Source: Thalia democratica (lineage: Eukaryota). From it: a DNA stretch of 64,000 nt. The stretch spans positions 52,018,001 through 52,082,000 of the forward strand of contig OZ241828.1 in NCBI GenBank assembly GCA_965202585.1, in the 5' to 3' direction. Shown here piece after piece: positions 37,398-61,900 of the stretch. The notes under the pieces were generated by a model. It was given only the letters and a program-made list of their open reading frames with translations, did no database searches and was not told where the DNA came from. Position numbers and translations under genes: made by a program. Positions within the stretch are counted from its first letter, which is position 1. The number at the start of each line of letters is the position of its first letter.

Positions 37398-40300
37398 TGT
37401 CTCGGATGTTGTTGTTGATCGTGCGGTGAAGTTCATTGTTTATTACTTAAAAATCCTTGAACTTTTTGCTTTTATAAAAACAGTTATGTTGACAGCTAAA
37501 AGTTAATATGCTAAGTTTCTTCCAAAAGTTTTTTAACATCATACGATTTAAAAAAATAAACCAACTATTTTTTAGTTTAAACTCTTCATAACTTCCAAAA
37601 ACTGAGTTTTACAAAAATACCAATACAAGTTTTATATGTTATACAACTGCATTAACCAATTGTTGCCTATGGTGAAAACACTAAATGAAGTATATAAGAA
37701 AACCAGAGTCAATTATGTAAAATATTGACTAAATTAACCATAAGATAAAAATCTTGAGTGTATTAATGGTTAGTAAATTTAACAAATGCTTGTAAATAGT
37801 AATAAGTTTACAGATTTCTAATAACTTAAACTTAATATCTTACAATCAAGACAATTAATTTTGTGAATTTAGAGCAACTATTTTTAAATACTTTTTAGTA
37901 TTTTACTTAAACTAGATGTTGACAGAAACAGGTCTGTTTAAAAATTTATCAAGAAAAAAAAGAAAAAACTAATTAAAACCCAAAAGTCAACCGACTACCA
38001 AAAAGTAACTTTATTACTGGGTTAGTTAGTTTCACTAAAATATTAAAAAATAAATAAATAAACAAAGAAACGCTAATTAATAAAAACTTATACCTATTGA
38101 TAATGTCTTTACATTTTAAGCTACATACTTTTAGCTTTTTAGATAAACCCATTGCAGAAAAGTGAGGTAGTTAAAAAAACTATTACTTTGTAGAATTTTA
38201 ACCAAACTAACAACTGATTTTTAACGCTTTCAAATAAAAATTAATTTCTGAAGTATGACAGATTAAGTTTACAGAATTCAACAGTTTTGTAAAGAAAGCA
38301 ATTGTTTTCAATTTTTTCAGGGTTACTTTCATTTCACAGGCTAACTAAAATTTTTAGATAAATTTTAAGTTTCTAAATATTCATATACTCTTTAAATTAT
38401 CCTAATAAAATTTTTATTTTTATAATTTTCATTAAAATTTGTGGTAAACTACACAAAAAAAAATCCTAAAAACTATAAATTCCTAACTTATTAGTTCAGC
38501 AAAAGATATATTTTAGGTCAAAATTTAAATTAACAATTTTACGGTTTTGTAGAAAACATTTTTCCAAACGGATTTGAAAAAAATACTTTTTAAACATTAT
38601 AATTATTTTTAAATTAAGTTATAGACTAAACTTACAGCTTTTTAATAAAACTCAATGAAACTCTTATAGAAAACATGAGCCCACAACACCTTTACGACTT
38701 AGTTTTGATCTTAAACAATTTGACAAAGTTTTTTATAAGCACATCCACTAAAATACAATTTTAAAAGTTATATGCATTGTACTCCTCAACAAACTAATTC
38801 GAAGAACTTTGTTGCCTGAAACAACTTATACTTATTTTCTCTATAGAAAACTACGCTTTTTACTAGTTTTTTTATTACAATTAAATCCCATAGTGGTATT
38901 AAGACAACAGTTGTTGAACTCTAATAAACAGGCTTGCAGTTTTTACTGCTTTTTACTTAAACTATACGTTAGATTTTTTTTAATAGTGATTAAAGCTTTT
39001 ACTTTGCTTACATTTTATGATAGTTATATTATCTTCTAGCAAATATTCGCTGTCTCTATGTTGAATAATTTGCTGTTTTTTCTCTATATTATTTCTCTAT
39101 TCAATATTTTGGTTTTAAAATAGTTTTAAAAATAAACCAAATAAAGTTAAACCGAACATGTTTTATAACTGTTAAGATTTATTTTTAATGAAATTTTTTC
39201 GTTAAAATTATCTTTCCTTATCTGAAACGAAGATATATGATATTTTTTATTATCATTTCTATAGTTATTTAATTATCTATACTTTATAATAATAGTTATT
39301 TTTATTTCTATCAACAGCTTATAAGCTTATTTTCATTGAAAAATTTGTAAAAAATATTAGAAAGTTTGCTTATGATAATAAAATTAGTTACTTATTAAGT
39401 TTAATTTGTAAAAATCTAATGCCAATCCGTAAATCTAATTTATAAAAATAACTATGTTCTAAAATCTAAATGATAACAAAATAATACTTTTTACTTTAAT
39501 ATTTAAAAAATGCTATCTTAAAAATAGTTTATTGTGATCAAATTTAATACATAGTTCACTAAAACTTGTTTTCACCTAAAAATATCAACTAAGTATGGTT
39601 CTAAAATCTAAAACATAAAGCTTTTAGAAACTAATTTGAGTTTTTGTAAAAAAAAAAATTTCAATAATTTCATCTGAAAACACTGAAATACCTTTTATAT
39701 AAAAGGCATGAATTTTTTTCGTATCAAGGTAAGATAGTTTTTAGAAAAATTACGCAATGTAGTTTTTTTTCGAAAACTTTTATATAGTTTTTAATCTTTA
39801 GATAAATTTTGTACAGTGTAACCTTATGGGAACTTAAAATTTATAGATTATAAAAGTAAGTTCAACAGTTGTACTTGAAAATTAAAATTTTGTCAAAGAA
39901 CTAAAAAAACTAAGTCAGGTAAAAGTTTTAATAATTTAAAGAGTACTACTTAAATATTGTTTTAAAAGATTTGAATACTACAAAAATTAATGTAACTTAA
40001 TTTATTCTAAAAACGATCGTAAAAAAATTAAATATAAGATATTATTAAAATATCAAAACTCTAATCAAAAAGAAAATTCATTTTAAACTAAAGAATGTAA
40101 AATACACTTAAAAGAATAATATCTTTGAAAATGAGATAAATCGGAATATTAGATAAGTAAATTGATTTTTACAATTTAAAAACTTTAACGAATTGATAAT
40201 ATTGATAATCAATAACCAATACTAGTAAAAACTCTTACTTAACTATTATCTATTGGTTTAAGTTTCTGAAGTTATTTATATCGAATAAATATATAGCAAT

Positions 40301-43300
40301 GTTAACTTAGAACTTTTAAAATAGAATTTAAACTATAGATAGAACTAATAATAGAACTTTTTCTTATAAATTTATTTGATAATCATCGGGGCAATAAAGT
40401 TTAAATGCATACATGCATACAATTAAAATAAAACTTACTTAGTTAAAACTAATTTACAAAGCACAGTTAAAAAATAATCAAAATAGATTTAATTTAATAA
40501 TGCAATCGTCTAATTATATTCTTTATTTAACACAATCGTCTTGGATTTATGTAAATCAATTAAAATATATTCAAGTCTAATTAAACAAAAAGTACTTAAA
40601 CAATTCCTTGAAACTTAAACTTTCAAGTTTTACGCAAAAATTTTTTATTCTTTTAATTTAAAAAAAAAAAATTATCAATAAAAAATGTTTCAAAAACTAG
40701 TTTTTCAGTATGACTTAACTTTTTTTAAAGTTTGAACATTAATGTAATGTATAAATACTAAAGCTGTATCATAATTAAAAAATAAAGTTTTATTTTAATT
40801 AACTATAAAATTTTAGGAAAAAAGTTAATGATTAACTTATGCAAAAACATACTATTTAAAATCTAATTCAATAATCAAACAAAGTATAATAAGAAAACTT
40901 TGTATAAAATATTTTAAACTGAATGTAGTTTGGTAGTAACTTTAGATTAAAACAAGATGTTTTAACTTTTTTTTTTCAGTTATGTTCAAAAAAGATGTTG
41001 AAAAGTAAATTAAACAGTTCATTATCTAAAAACATTATCAATTACCAATAAATGCTAAGTATACAAAGTAGAGTAGCTTTGAAGCCAAGTTTTGTATTTT
41101 TAAACAGCAAATATAAATAACAAGATTTTTAAATTGCTAATTTATAAACATCCAGAATCTTTTATACCTTTTTTCATTTTTACTGAACTAATGTAAATAA
41201 ACAGCAAAAACATACTTTCATTTAGATTTTGAAAAAGTATATAACTATAATAATTAAATTTTTTTTTTATATTTTCATTAAAGTTTAGTTTTTATGAGCT
41301 CGTTAAAACTAATAGAGTTTATTTTAAATTCATTGGTTATGTTTGCCAGAAATTTAAATATAAATCTAAATGATTATACTTAAGATAATGTTTATTGGTG
41401 CTGTAAAAGGTGTAAAAATAAATTTACTATACTTCTGTACAAGAACTAAATCGTATAAATTTTAATTTGTTAATTGTAGAGAGCCTATAATAGTATTTTT
41501 AAACTTGATAAATTGACATATTTATGAAAACAAACAACTTTTGCGAAGTTTTGTTTTAAATAAGCTATATAAACAAACACATACTATTAAAAAACAAAAG
41601 AAATTAAACTTAAATTTATTTTTAAGTAAAGATGAAGAAAATTACATAAAGTTCTAAAATTAAAGTAATACATCAACATTTTTGTTTAGTTTGTATTTAA
41701 AACTAATGGTGATAATAACCTAGCTTGAAGAATTTAAAATAACTTCTGTTTAATTGCAGAGCACAAATGCTGCAAATACTTTACTTAGTTTGGAAAAAGA
41801 TCATTCAATAGGAGATTGAAAGCAAGCTTGAGTAACTTTATATCTATGCTAATGTTTTTTATTTCTAAAAAATTTTCTTTTACAAAACATTATTCATTTT
41901 TATTTTCCTAAAGTAGTTTGTAGAGGAAACTTATTATACGTTATACAGAATTTTTAGTTTTAATACTTAATTCAAAAGAGTTTAGAATTAAGATTTTACA
42001 AAGCTTATTTGTTTCTATTTAAGAAAGTTTCGTCTAAAAAAGTTTGAGATTAATAGCCTTTTTACTAAAAAAAAGCATTTAAATAAATAAAATTATGAAA
42101 AAAAAGAATAAAAAGATCAAAACAGTGTCAAAAACTTCAGTATTACGAAAAGTAAACGTTTTGGCTGTTTAAAATATGCATATATACTTTACTTTTCTCA
42201 AATAATTAATTTTTAAAGTAATTTTATGACATTCAAGGGCAAATTTTTTATTTGCTTTTTTTTTTGTTTTTTTTTTTGTTTTCAGGATACTGCAACATTT
42301 AAAAAAGCTTACACCTTAAAAGAAATAAAAAAGTTTTTAATACTTAAAAAGTTTTAAGGGTGGTTTAAAAAACCACTCAAAAAATGGAATTAATAAACAC
42401 AAAAATTTGTTTTAAAAAAGATAGAGTTAACATTAAAAAAAACCAACTGTGACACAAAACAACAAATGGGAAATAACAGCAAAATAAATAAAAAAAATAA
42501 GTTATATTATCTAAAGTGACAAGTTTTAAAAAACTAAAATACTGCAACCACTTTATTTACCAAACTTTAAGGCTAAATATTGTTTCAGGAAAATATCTAA
42601 AAATTTTATATACTATTTTGTTTATTATTTGTATGTTTTTAATTAATCATCAACAATTTTAAAATAGGTTGTAGACGCTTGCACTAATAAGATTTTAAGA
42701 AATAAATTTTTCAGACATATGAATGTCATTACGCATTTTTTTTTTATGATGTATTTATCTTTTTTTAATATATTTCAAGCTTATAATACATAATAAAAAA
42801 TAGTGCTTTTTAACATATAGAACTCTTTATATCTCAAATGTATACTTTTTTTTAAATGTTTAGGTTCCTTATGTTTTTTAAGAGCAGTTGAATGCAAAAA
42901 ATACTGCAGTCACTTTTTTGATTCCAAAAGTAAAAAAAAATAATTTGTTCAGATAAAAAATTTTTAATAAACTTATAAAAATAAGAGTTGCATTATTGCT
43001 TATTCATTACACGATGTCATTTAAAAAAATAAATGTTGTGAATTGATGAATTATAACAAGTTTTACACACAGCTTTAATCTTTTGAGAATAAATTTAATA
43101 TATTTTAAAGTAATACAGCTAAACTAAAATGTTTAACTTTAGGTTTAAACTATACAGTTTTAAAGTGAGGATAATGTAATTTAATTTTTTCTTTTATTAA
43201 CTTTGCTTTACTTAATGGATATAGTTATTTTTTCTTCAAGATATTATGAATTTTATTGTAAAATTAAAGTTAGTTTTTTTTTAATCAGGTTTTAGTTCCT

Positions 43301-43649
43301 TTTTAGAATAGCGTTTTTCATTCAGTGAAGCGGAATATTTAGCTTTTGTATACTCACTAAACTTTAAATTGTCTCTCATACGTTAAAGTAAATTTTGAAA
43401 ACAGCAAAATCATACTATTTTATTTTATTGTTATTTGTAAATATGTTGTTTAGTGTTCGTTTAAAAGTTAATTAAAAGTTAAAACTTACGATTTATTAGA
43501 TTCAATTAAAAAAATATTATTAAAAAGTTAGTATTTACATACAACGCAACCAAAAGTGTATTACTTATAGCATTTTGCTTTGTAAAATAATATCTTTGTA
43601 ATTAAACTTGTAATACTTTTGCAACTTTTTTTGTTTTCTAGCGTCAACT

Positions 43650-51861
<8,212 letters not shown>

Positions 51862-53018
51862 AACTCTTTCTTCATTTAAAGTTGTTACCGTCGAAAGCTT
51901 TGTTGCAATGCTGAACTGCTCAACTTAATTGTATATTTTTTTACGATCTTTGGTGCGAGTTCGCTATTGTTTTTACTTTTAATAAGACTTTTAACTGTAT
52001 ATCAAGTCATAATTGTATATCAAAATTATAACAAATCAAATGATAAATAAATAAACTACTAGTCGGTTAGTAATTGATTTATAAAGTAGTTTTGAATGTT
52101 TGTTTTTACTTTTGTGTCGTTAGTTTGTTAAAACAACAACAGTGTTTTTTCACGTAGTTTTTCAAAAAAAATAACTTACATTTCTAAGTTTTACTTTTAT
52201 AACTCTCTTCTAAACTTTTGAATTATCTAATGCATAAGCTACATTTGTTTTATAGAAAAAAAAGTCTTTTAAGCCTTATATTTTAAATGAGTATGGTTTT
52301 AAATTTATTTTACTAATACTTATGGTCTAGTTTAATTTTTGTTGAATATTTTAATAAAACGTAAAATTTTTTGTATGTCTATGAAATTAGTATATTGAGT
52401 GCAATTTTTTACTACTACATAAAAAAAATCAATTTAAATATAATATGCTGTTTTATTTGTTTATTTTTATTCTAAATTTACTACAACTTTACAATTCAGT
52501 ATTTACTTTAGATGTTACCAGCGTACCAGAGTACTTTAATGATCCCTTTGTTTTGATTCCTAACTATATTATTTATTTTAATAAAACTTTTAACCTATTT
52601 CAACTTTCTTTTGTCAACTGAACTTTTTAGTTACATAACAGTAAAAACTTTTGTAGAAGAGTCGAAGATACAAGATTATAATGTGAGTGTATGTATATAT
52701 AATGTATACTGCTTTATATATAGTTTATTAAAAGTATAACATATATAACTTTATTTATTTTGCAGAATAATTTATTATGATATAAGTTTTTTAAATAACT
52801 TGCTTAATCTTGATTCAAAAGTTTAATAAGTATAGCAATAGTTGTTTAATATAAAGAAATAATAATTATGAAATTATTTTATTTTGATTTTACCAAAAGG
52901 AAGTGTGAATGAAAAAACTTGTTTTATTGTTAGAAATAGTATTTTATGAAAAACATAAAGATACCCAACTGTTTTGTAAAACAAATTTTTAAGAAATAAA
53001 AATGATGTAAAAAATAGT

Positions 53019-56000
53019 TTAAATTTGAAGCTGCTTGATTCTGTCCTCATAGTTCAGGTTCTTTGTGAAGTAGCTGTCGTCCCACGATGGGAAATACCCC
53101 TTGAATGTGACTGGCTCGTGGTCCATTTTAACCATTATGACGACACAGTCCTGATCTCTGCCTCTCGGGTCGTCCCTGATATACTCAGCAGCTAGTCTAA
53201 AACAAAAATACTTTTAAATTAAGCCATTTTAGATAAAGCTTAACTTTGTTTACTTGTTTTGAAAGAACTTAGAAAACTAACTAAAATTTAATTTTAAATC
53301 TTTTAAAGTTACTTTTTTCATAGGGCTAACTTTTAGCTTCTACAAAAAAACATTATGCTAACAGCTTAAAGAAATTATTTAAGTGTCTTTTATAAAGGCA
53401 AAATGTTAATCTCTGCAAGCTCCTATATATTGAACAATTTACTTTGGCGCCTCCCTTCTTTCTTCCTGGTTCGCACCATTTCCGATCCACAAGTAAACTT
53501 CCTTCCACGTGTCAAGCATCATGACGTCATCAACTTCAAGATCGGTTTGAGTGAACTCACCGGCTATCTCCTCCACACACACGTTTCCTGTTTTAGTGCA
53601 TATTTTTCAATTAAGTTTGCAGTAATGTTTTTGCTGAAAGTATGAGATTAAACACCGCAGTTTTATCGATTTAATACTTTTATCTCTCTAAAAAACGTTT
53701 TTTTAAAAGCATAGCACGTTAAACTAGTTATCCATTTATCTCTTTTGCCCATGAAAACAAGAAAAAACACAAATTTTGCTTCTAAATGTATTTGTTGTAC
53801 CTTTAGCATTGGAGATTGCAAACAGTCTTGCGGGATTTTCATCGAGATCTTCAAACAACCGGGGATCGTTCGCATACTCGGTCTTTCCTCCCAATATCTT
53901 CCAAAACTCCTCGCTCTCACCGTTTTCTTTGAGACGAATAGGTGAGGAAGTTGCTGTTGCTTCTGCAGAATTAGCTTCATGTTTATTATAGGCTAAAAAC
54001 ATGAACATGCAGTAACGGAGTACTAGTACAGACTAAAAAAATAATGAGTGTATACAACAAATCTTTATAAAGTTTTTACCTTTTATCTGAAAAATTTTTG
54101 AACAAAACTATTTAATATTTTGCAATCTCCTTTAGGCTCGACACTAATTGTTTCATTAATTATTAATTGAGAAAATAAATTTCAAAGCAGTAATATGTTT
54201 ATAGGCAGTTGTAAAACTTTAGTTATTTATACTTACTAGCAACAATATCCGCGGCTTCAGTTTCGATTTCAGAAGCGCCAATGCCCTCCCAAATGAAGCA
54301 TTTACCAGCAGTTTTCAGAACGAAAGCGTCGTTTGAGTTCAAAGAACTTGCTTTTGCTGCAATCTCTATCGCTTTTGTACCTCCCAACTCCGATGATCGG
54401 ACCTAGGAGTTTCGTTTATGAATATAAAACAGTTATGAGTGTTTCCACATTACTTAATTTTCTTATAAATGGTTTATAACTCAGCAAGATCTTTATTTAA
54501 CTTACTTTTGAAAAAAACTATTCATCATATTACAATGTTTTAGACTTATAAAAACCAAGTTTTTTTTTTTTTACAAGTTTTGTTATATGAAGATAGCAAA
54601 ACTTTTATAAGAAACTTTAACAAAAAAAACCTAAAATAAAGGTTGTAAAAATTGTAGTTTGATTTTTGATAACCGACTTAGATTTTAAAAGTTTTAGTGT
54701 ATAAATGTCTCACTTACTATTTTCAAAAATGCTAAAAGATACCTGATACAATGCAGTAGCAGACAGCCCAGTTTCTTTTTTAAGAGCTCTCGAATATCCA
54801 CCTTTAGATATTATTATCGGGTTCGGGAATATGCTCAAAAAGTGCATCGGTTCTTTGCCCTAACAAAATTATTCACTTTGTTTAGTTCATACTCAAACAA
54901 AACACAAAACTAATGATTACCATGACAACTCGAACTTGCACAGGTTTTTGGCCGTATTCATCGTCTAACTGAGTGGCCAGATACGCCGAAGCTGTTATCT
55001 GTTAAAGCCAGTTAAAAACTTGTTGATTATTACAAGTTTGTATCAAAAATTTGATTAAAGTCAATAAGTTGTAAAACATATTAATTCTTTTATATAATTT
55101 ACATTTATTACAAACTCTCAAGCACAAATTAATGTTTGTCAAAAGTTCTGTCTAAGTATATAGATGATTTAATTTTTATCATACTTTAAAGTACTTACTT
55201 TTAAAGTATGATAAAATCATACTTTTAAAAATTAATTATAAGTTTATCAACAATTATTAAATAAAAATAAACCTCGTCAATTGTGGATTGTTTTCCTTGC
55301 CAAAAATAAATAATATATTCCTCCTTGTTTCTGCATATGTACGTGTAAAGGATGATGTAACTGTCACCAGCAAAAAATTTACCATAATCTTCCTTCTTCA
55401 CAGGAACTTTTTCGCTCCCTTCAACTCTCCAAACTTCAACCTAAACACACTTACTAAAAAGCTATACGATGATAGAATAAAAATGATAAAGTACCGCTTT
55501 ATTCAATCATAAATACTTTTACATATTTTGTTTATCCATAGACAAAATAAAAACAATGTATACAAAAGTATTTCGCACCATACAAAAAATTGTATTTTTA
55601 TGAATATACGGTTAAAAGTATATCCAACAAAAATAAATGATAAACTTTAGAAAATATATATTTAGTAAGTTTCTTAATACAAAACAATAATCTGATTGCG
55701 ATCATTTTATTTTACGGTACTTCAACAAAACTTTATGTTCGTTAAAAACGTTTTGTAGTTATAAGATAATATAACTAAGGTAACTTTTCTAAAAATACCT
55801 TGCCAGATCCATCATCTACCATTCGATGTTTTGCTGCTAACTTTGGAGTGTCATGAAGGTTTTTCATTTCAAATTTCACCTGAACAAAGTTTCACGTTTA
55901 ATTATGCAAAATAAACAACATTCACTAGTGAGAAGCATATAAGGATCAACAATAAACTTTTTTCTATTACTTTACTAATAAATATTTTAATTCATAATAG

Positions 56001-58925
56001 TTTACAACTATTTTTAGAGCCAAGAAGTATCGCAACTTTTATTATTTTTTATTCAAAACCTAAATATTTAATTATATTAATTATAAATTATTATTTAATT
56101 AATTAAATAATATTTAATTACAAAACCTAAATATTTAAAACCTAAAAATTAATTATCTAATAATAGTAGTATAATATTTTTGTTTAGGTTTTATGTGTGT
56201 TAAAATCTAGTTTTTACTAACGCTATTTTGACTAATAACCAAATATTTGCGTAATATCACGATCACTTCCGATCAGTAATATCAAGCACTAGCTTATTAT
56301 TATTTGTTATATTACGGTTTATTTTTACCATAAGTTTATAAGTAAATAAAAGAAAATGAACAACATACTTTATTTGAAATGTACAAAATGAAATTTAATG
56401 TTTTTATTTATGAAATTGCCTAACTTTGAAGTCTATAATGTTTTAAATTTTTTTAATCGTTAAAGTTTTTTATATTTTTTTAGCTTACACAAACAAGTAT
56501 GTTATAAAACCTAATAAGATTCTAGAAAAACAAAAAACTTAAAATATTAGTTTTGTTGCCAGTTTTCTGGTAAGTGCTATAAAACAAAACCTTTAACTAT
56601 GTCTTACTGTTCTATAAAAGTTATAGAAGTTTAAACGAGTTATTCATGATTAAGTCTATTACACTACTAGTTATGTGGCATACTAAACTTTATAAATATT
56701 GACAAATAGTATTATTAAACCATTTGGACTACTTCATTACCTTCTCAATCTTAGCAATTTTGCTCTTGTTCCACGTTGCTCCAAAACCAACAGTTTGGTT
56801 TTTCTTTCTCCAGTCCTTGAAATACTGAGTGAACAATGCTGGCTCAGTATGCTGAGATACTACCTAAAAGTTAAAATGTAATTGCAGTTAAACTCTGTTT
56901 TTGCTATACTTTGTAAATACTTCAAATGAAGTAATGTGACAAGAACTTTTATGTAGTTTGAATAAAAACTGATGTTTAACCAATTTTTAACCTGTATTTT
57001 AGTTTGCGGCAAGTAATTGTTTTTCTTGATGAATTTCATAGCAGTATTCAAAGCACCGCTGCGTTCGTCATTACTGGCTTTGGACCCTTGAAAAAGTTTT
57101 GTATAAGACTAAATCGTGTTTAGATGTAAAAAAGTATTAATCATAAATTGGTCAATATTCATTATATAATAAATATTACACTATTAAACACACACCTTTC
57201 CACACGAATATTGTTTGACCCGATCCGGTGTCCACAATGAAGCAGTCTCCGCTGTCCAGACTCGATTGCTTGAACGGGGAAGTACCTTTATTCGTGACTT
57301 CCAGGGTTCCGCTGTCCGACGACACTTGGTACAAGCTGGCCGCTTTCGATTTCGCCTTGGATTTTGAGTCGTCATCAGCGATCGCTGGCTTCACGTCACT
57401 CGGACTTCCACTAAGAACCTTTAATTGAGAAAATTTGTTTTTATTTTGTTAGAAAATTTTTGATACAGTTATATCTTTAAACTAAAAGAATAAACAACTA
57501 TTTAGAAAATAAATCACTTTTTTTGCACAATTTTCAGCCAAAACTTACGTTCAAAACTTCTTGTGGGATCCTTTCACCCTCTTCTAAAATAGTTATTTTT
57601 CCTTTACCGGCTTTCTCTTCGTTTTTGATCGTGTTCACGACTTGGCACGCCTTCAACTTTTCCATTCTGTTGCACTTGCTTCCATTCCATTGGTATATGT
57701 TCTGCAACATAAATAACGTCAGTTTGTTTTACAAAATACTTTTGTTTGTTTAAAACTAATCATAAAATTTATTAAGTCTTGCTAAAGTTTATAAGTTAAC
57801 TCTACAAATAATTGTTAAAATCTCAATTTGATTTATTAAGTAGATTAATTAATCCTAACATTGTCAATTTCGATGATGAAACAGTCGCCCTGATTGAACT
57901 GGCGCCAACTCATGTCAACCTCCATCGCTCGAACGTTCCTCCTTCCTTTTATGTGCAAAACTCGTCTCACTTCGCTCACGTTCGTTCTGGCGTGTGAGAA
58001 GCCAGACTTCACTCCACCTTTCTGTTTATCGTAAAGTTTTATTTCTTAATACAAAGATTATAACAACTAAAAAAACGTAGAAATCAAAAACATGTCAAAA
58101 AGTCAAAAAGGTATCAAAAAAATTCTAATTTCATTATCAACAAGCTGAAAGTCCTTAATAATCTGTTTAAACAAGTTAATTTAATTTTTTCACTGTTTAA
58201 AAAAAATAAAATGTAGACTGTATACTCACACAATACTTGATTCCATTTTTAAAGTAGCCCATAAACGTGTTCGACTCGAAACCTTGAATTTCACGAAACT
58301 GCACTGGTTTTCCACCTAACTGGTCATCAATCTTTATTGACAAAATAGCAGCGGTACCTCTCTCATCTTGAGAAGATTCCTCACCGAGCCAAAAATGAAG
58401 ATCGTAACGGAAGTTTGAACCTAATAATTAAACAGTGTTTTTTATGAATTTTATAAAATGAACGATAAATTGTTAAAAAGCTATTCTTTCTTTAAAAAAA
58501 CATAGCTGAATTAGTTTAAAAGGTTCTTTTAACAATATGTTTTATATATGTTTAAATTATCTATTTATTTTAATTTTAGCTCAAGAAAAGTACAATCGAA
58601 AAAAGGTTCATTATAAATAACCAAAATAGTATATATAATAAGAAAGTGATCTGTGAATATAGATAGCTGATATTTCAATTACGCCTGTAAACCTATCTTT
58701 AATTATAGAAAATTTTTTAAATTTTATTATAATAGCTTCATTGTGAATAGATATATAAAAACCTCTAAGTTGAACGGTGTTAAGGAGTATGTAGGAGTCT
58801 CCTGTGAAAAAGTTACCACGTTGACTGCTCGGTTGCGCCACCAGTTGGAAGTTTTCGATCCTCCAAACTTGTAACCCGGCTGAGTTGCCCGCGTTCTCAA
58901 TCTCAAATGTGGTTTTGTCCGTCAT
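53019..58925 (-). CDS. GSN: Gelsolin (six domains, cytoplasmic-type, no villin headpiece), 15 coding exons, 734 aa
   Basis: Exons 58925-58763, 58420-58230, 58021-57860, 57701-57549, 57418-57196, 57086-56992, 56863-56741, 55879-55799, 55440-55273, 54998-54921, 54859-54743, 54402-54237, 53962-53801, 53587-53443 and 53196-53019 are all GT-AG and in frame (2205 nt). Motifs: [58 protein letters not shown]. Orthology versus adseverin was not tested. Confidence 0.93.
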
Positions 58926-61900
58926 TAAGTATTAAAATCAATTACTTAAAATTATATTTAGAGTTGAAGTTATTTCATAGTATTTTTACGTTATAAACTT
59001 TATACACATGGTTACATTTTTAAGTATATAAAAAAATAGCTTGTATATTTCCAAGTACTTGAAGTGCTTCTTTACTATTTCATTTTCTATAAAAACAACT
59101 GTTCAATGCATTTATTTTATAGCTTAAGATTGTTTACATTCTTAAAAGGAAGTAAAATAGCAAGCTTTGTCTTTGTGTTATTAGCTTCTTTAAACAAACA
59201 AATCACAAAAATTTAACTTTTGTCTTTTTTTGTACTATTCTATTTATAAAAAAAAACTGTTTATACCATTTTTTTTCTGTTATGTATTCTAAGAACATTG
59301 ATTATTTTGTATAACTATAAGGTAAAGTAATAACTTTTTATAGTGTTTTGTAAATTAAAGCATAAATCAAACTTTCTAACTTTCTAAAGTATAAAAAATT
59401 CTTTCTACATACAAAAACTAATGTTTTGGTCAGATTAACTAAACAAAAAACTTAAACATTAAGTAAAGTTAATTTAGTTATATAACGCGTTAAATTCAAG
59501 CAGACAAAAATCAAAACAAAAAACGCAGAGAATGATTTCATCGTTTTTTGAACAATAGAACATTTTAAACGGAAACAAAAAAAACATTTTATAACGGCCT
59601 AGCTACTTAGCTTAGTATTTTTTAATAAATATTTCTCTAAACGTTTAAAAAGGTTCTCAAGTACATCTTTGAGTAAAATTAAAACATAAACAACTAAATA
59701 AACTTAGTTTTTTAACTAAATAAGCTAAACATTTTGCTTGTGTAGAATTCATAACTGGGTTTTTTTACTGTAGTTTTATTTCATATTAAAAGCGAGTCAG
59801 TAAAAAAACTTTAATAAAGTTGTCACTCTTTCGCCACCAAAATGCATTTTATTATTACTTCATGTTGTTCTTATTTAACAAGCTAGTCATGTCATGATTT
59901 TCTGCTGCTTTTTATATTTAGAGAATTATATCGCAATGTGGAAGTTAAACTTCCTTGTTTTTCAGAGAAAACAAGTATATAAAACTGTTTGAAGCAATAA
60001 AACATAAACCAAAAATTTTGCGAATTTTACTGTTTATACGTATTTTTTTATTCACTTATACTTTTTTACAAAAGTGCTAAAAAGGTCTTAAAAAATTATT
60101 ATGTTTAATTTAACTACATTAATAAAAATCTATAACACTTCTAAATTCTGTAAACTTGGCTACTTATATATCTGAGCTGTTATTTAAACAAATGAAGCAC
60201 TTCCTTGTAATTAGCGTTTCCATTCAATAAAATGTAATTAAAGAATTAAATCAATTTTTTTATAAGGAACTACAAAAACAAACATAATTAGATGGTTTAA
60301 CAAAGCATAATATAGATATATTATGCTTATCAAATATCAAATGTATTTTGCAAAATTAAACTAAGTAACATAATTTTGTGATGATAAAGTTATAATGATT
60401 TATGACATAAATATATCTATTTTAATTTATGAAATTAGAAATTAAGCGGTTTTAGAAAAGTAACTTTGTTCTAACTTTTGTCTTTTTTAAAGCTAAAAGT
60501 TTTAATTATTTAACAGTACAACTTATCGCTTTTTTATAAGAACGCATAAGTGTTCGACCTAAATAATCTTGTTTCATTTATTTTATTTTTAAAACTGTTT
60601 TGTTATATGTATAAAAAATCCTTATTTTATGCATTTGCTTACTAATGGTTATAAGATTTAAAATATAGATTAATTTATAGCCTACTGTACTAAAGTACTA
60701 ACTATAAATTAAAAAAAACGATCTCAAGCTTAGATTTTATACCATATAGGTATGTTGTTAATTTAGAATGAAAAAACCAATAAAAAAACATAAAACTAAA
60801 TCACTATTTTAAATTAATTTATTTGTAATTTTAAGCATAATGCCAAATAAATGAATATAAACTGCAACAAAAAGGTTTATTTATTGTTTTTCTTTTTATC
60901 TTAATAATTGTATATCGTACAAATATCTAATACGTTTGTTTACGTTCATTCAAAAATAAGTTTTTCAAAAAAAATAATAGCAATAGTTTTTTGATTTGTA
61001 AATTTACCTTTTTATCAAGAATATATAGCTAAGTATTACCTTAAATACTTTTTTGTTCTAAAAAACTAGCAAAAAAAAACATCAAAACAAGTAATTACTC
61101 ATTAAGCTTTGTTGGAGATCACAACTTAATGAGTTTTTATGTCATTTATAAATCTCATTTTAATTAATATACAAAACTAATAAAGCAGCAGTTTACTGTA
61201 AACACTAAGTCTTCTTTATATGGCTATATAACACTTTTATATATATTTATACGTCTGTTTAAATCAAATTGTTAACAAATAAAATATAGTTCGTTACAAA
61301 AGATGTCCATTAACTAGAAAAAAATTGAAACAGTTGGTTAAAAAGTTTTGTTGGTTTATTTTTAGAACTGCTATAAACTACTATAAAATCTTAAGTTTTT
61401 TATAAAAATTATTATTTAGTTTTTTACTTGATTACTTTAATGAGTTTTACCAATTGAGTCAAAAATGTTCTTAATGACACAAATGTTTTCATAAGAATTA
61501 TTAGAAGATATCAAAATTAGAATTTACTGTTTTTTAAAATTAGGTATTGTATAGATAGTTTAACTCGGTACAAAAACCGTTTAAAAATACTAATTATAAG
61601 AATTGTAGATGCAATAGCAGAGGCGAGTTATTATATAATCTTTCATACTAAGAAAAATAAAATTTAGCTTGTGTTAATTTCTAATACCAAAGTTTAAAAA
61701 TGAAAATTTTATTTTTTAAACTTTTGTACAACCAGAATTCAAGATATAGTTTTAGAAGTGACAATTACCTTTAGAACATTAAATTTACCTTGATAAAACT
61801 TTACTACTGCTTTAAGTTAAATTAATAGCTTTTATTTTTGATAAAACTAGGTTGTATGCTTGATTGCTACTGTTTTTTAAACTACTTTATTTAATAAAAA

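Noticed and set aside
53403-57997. Plus-strand ORFs overlapping gelsolin, and minus-strand ORFs overlapping CYP4 (50073, 51612)
   Set aside because: Antisense or alternative-frame shadows of real exons.
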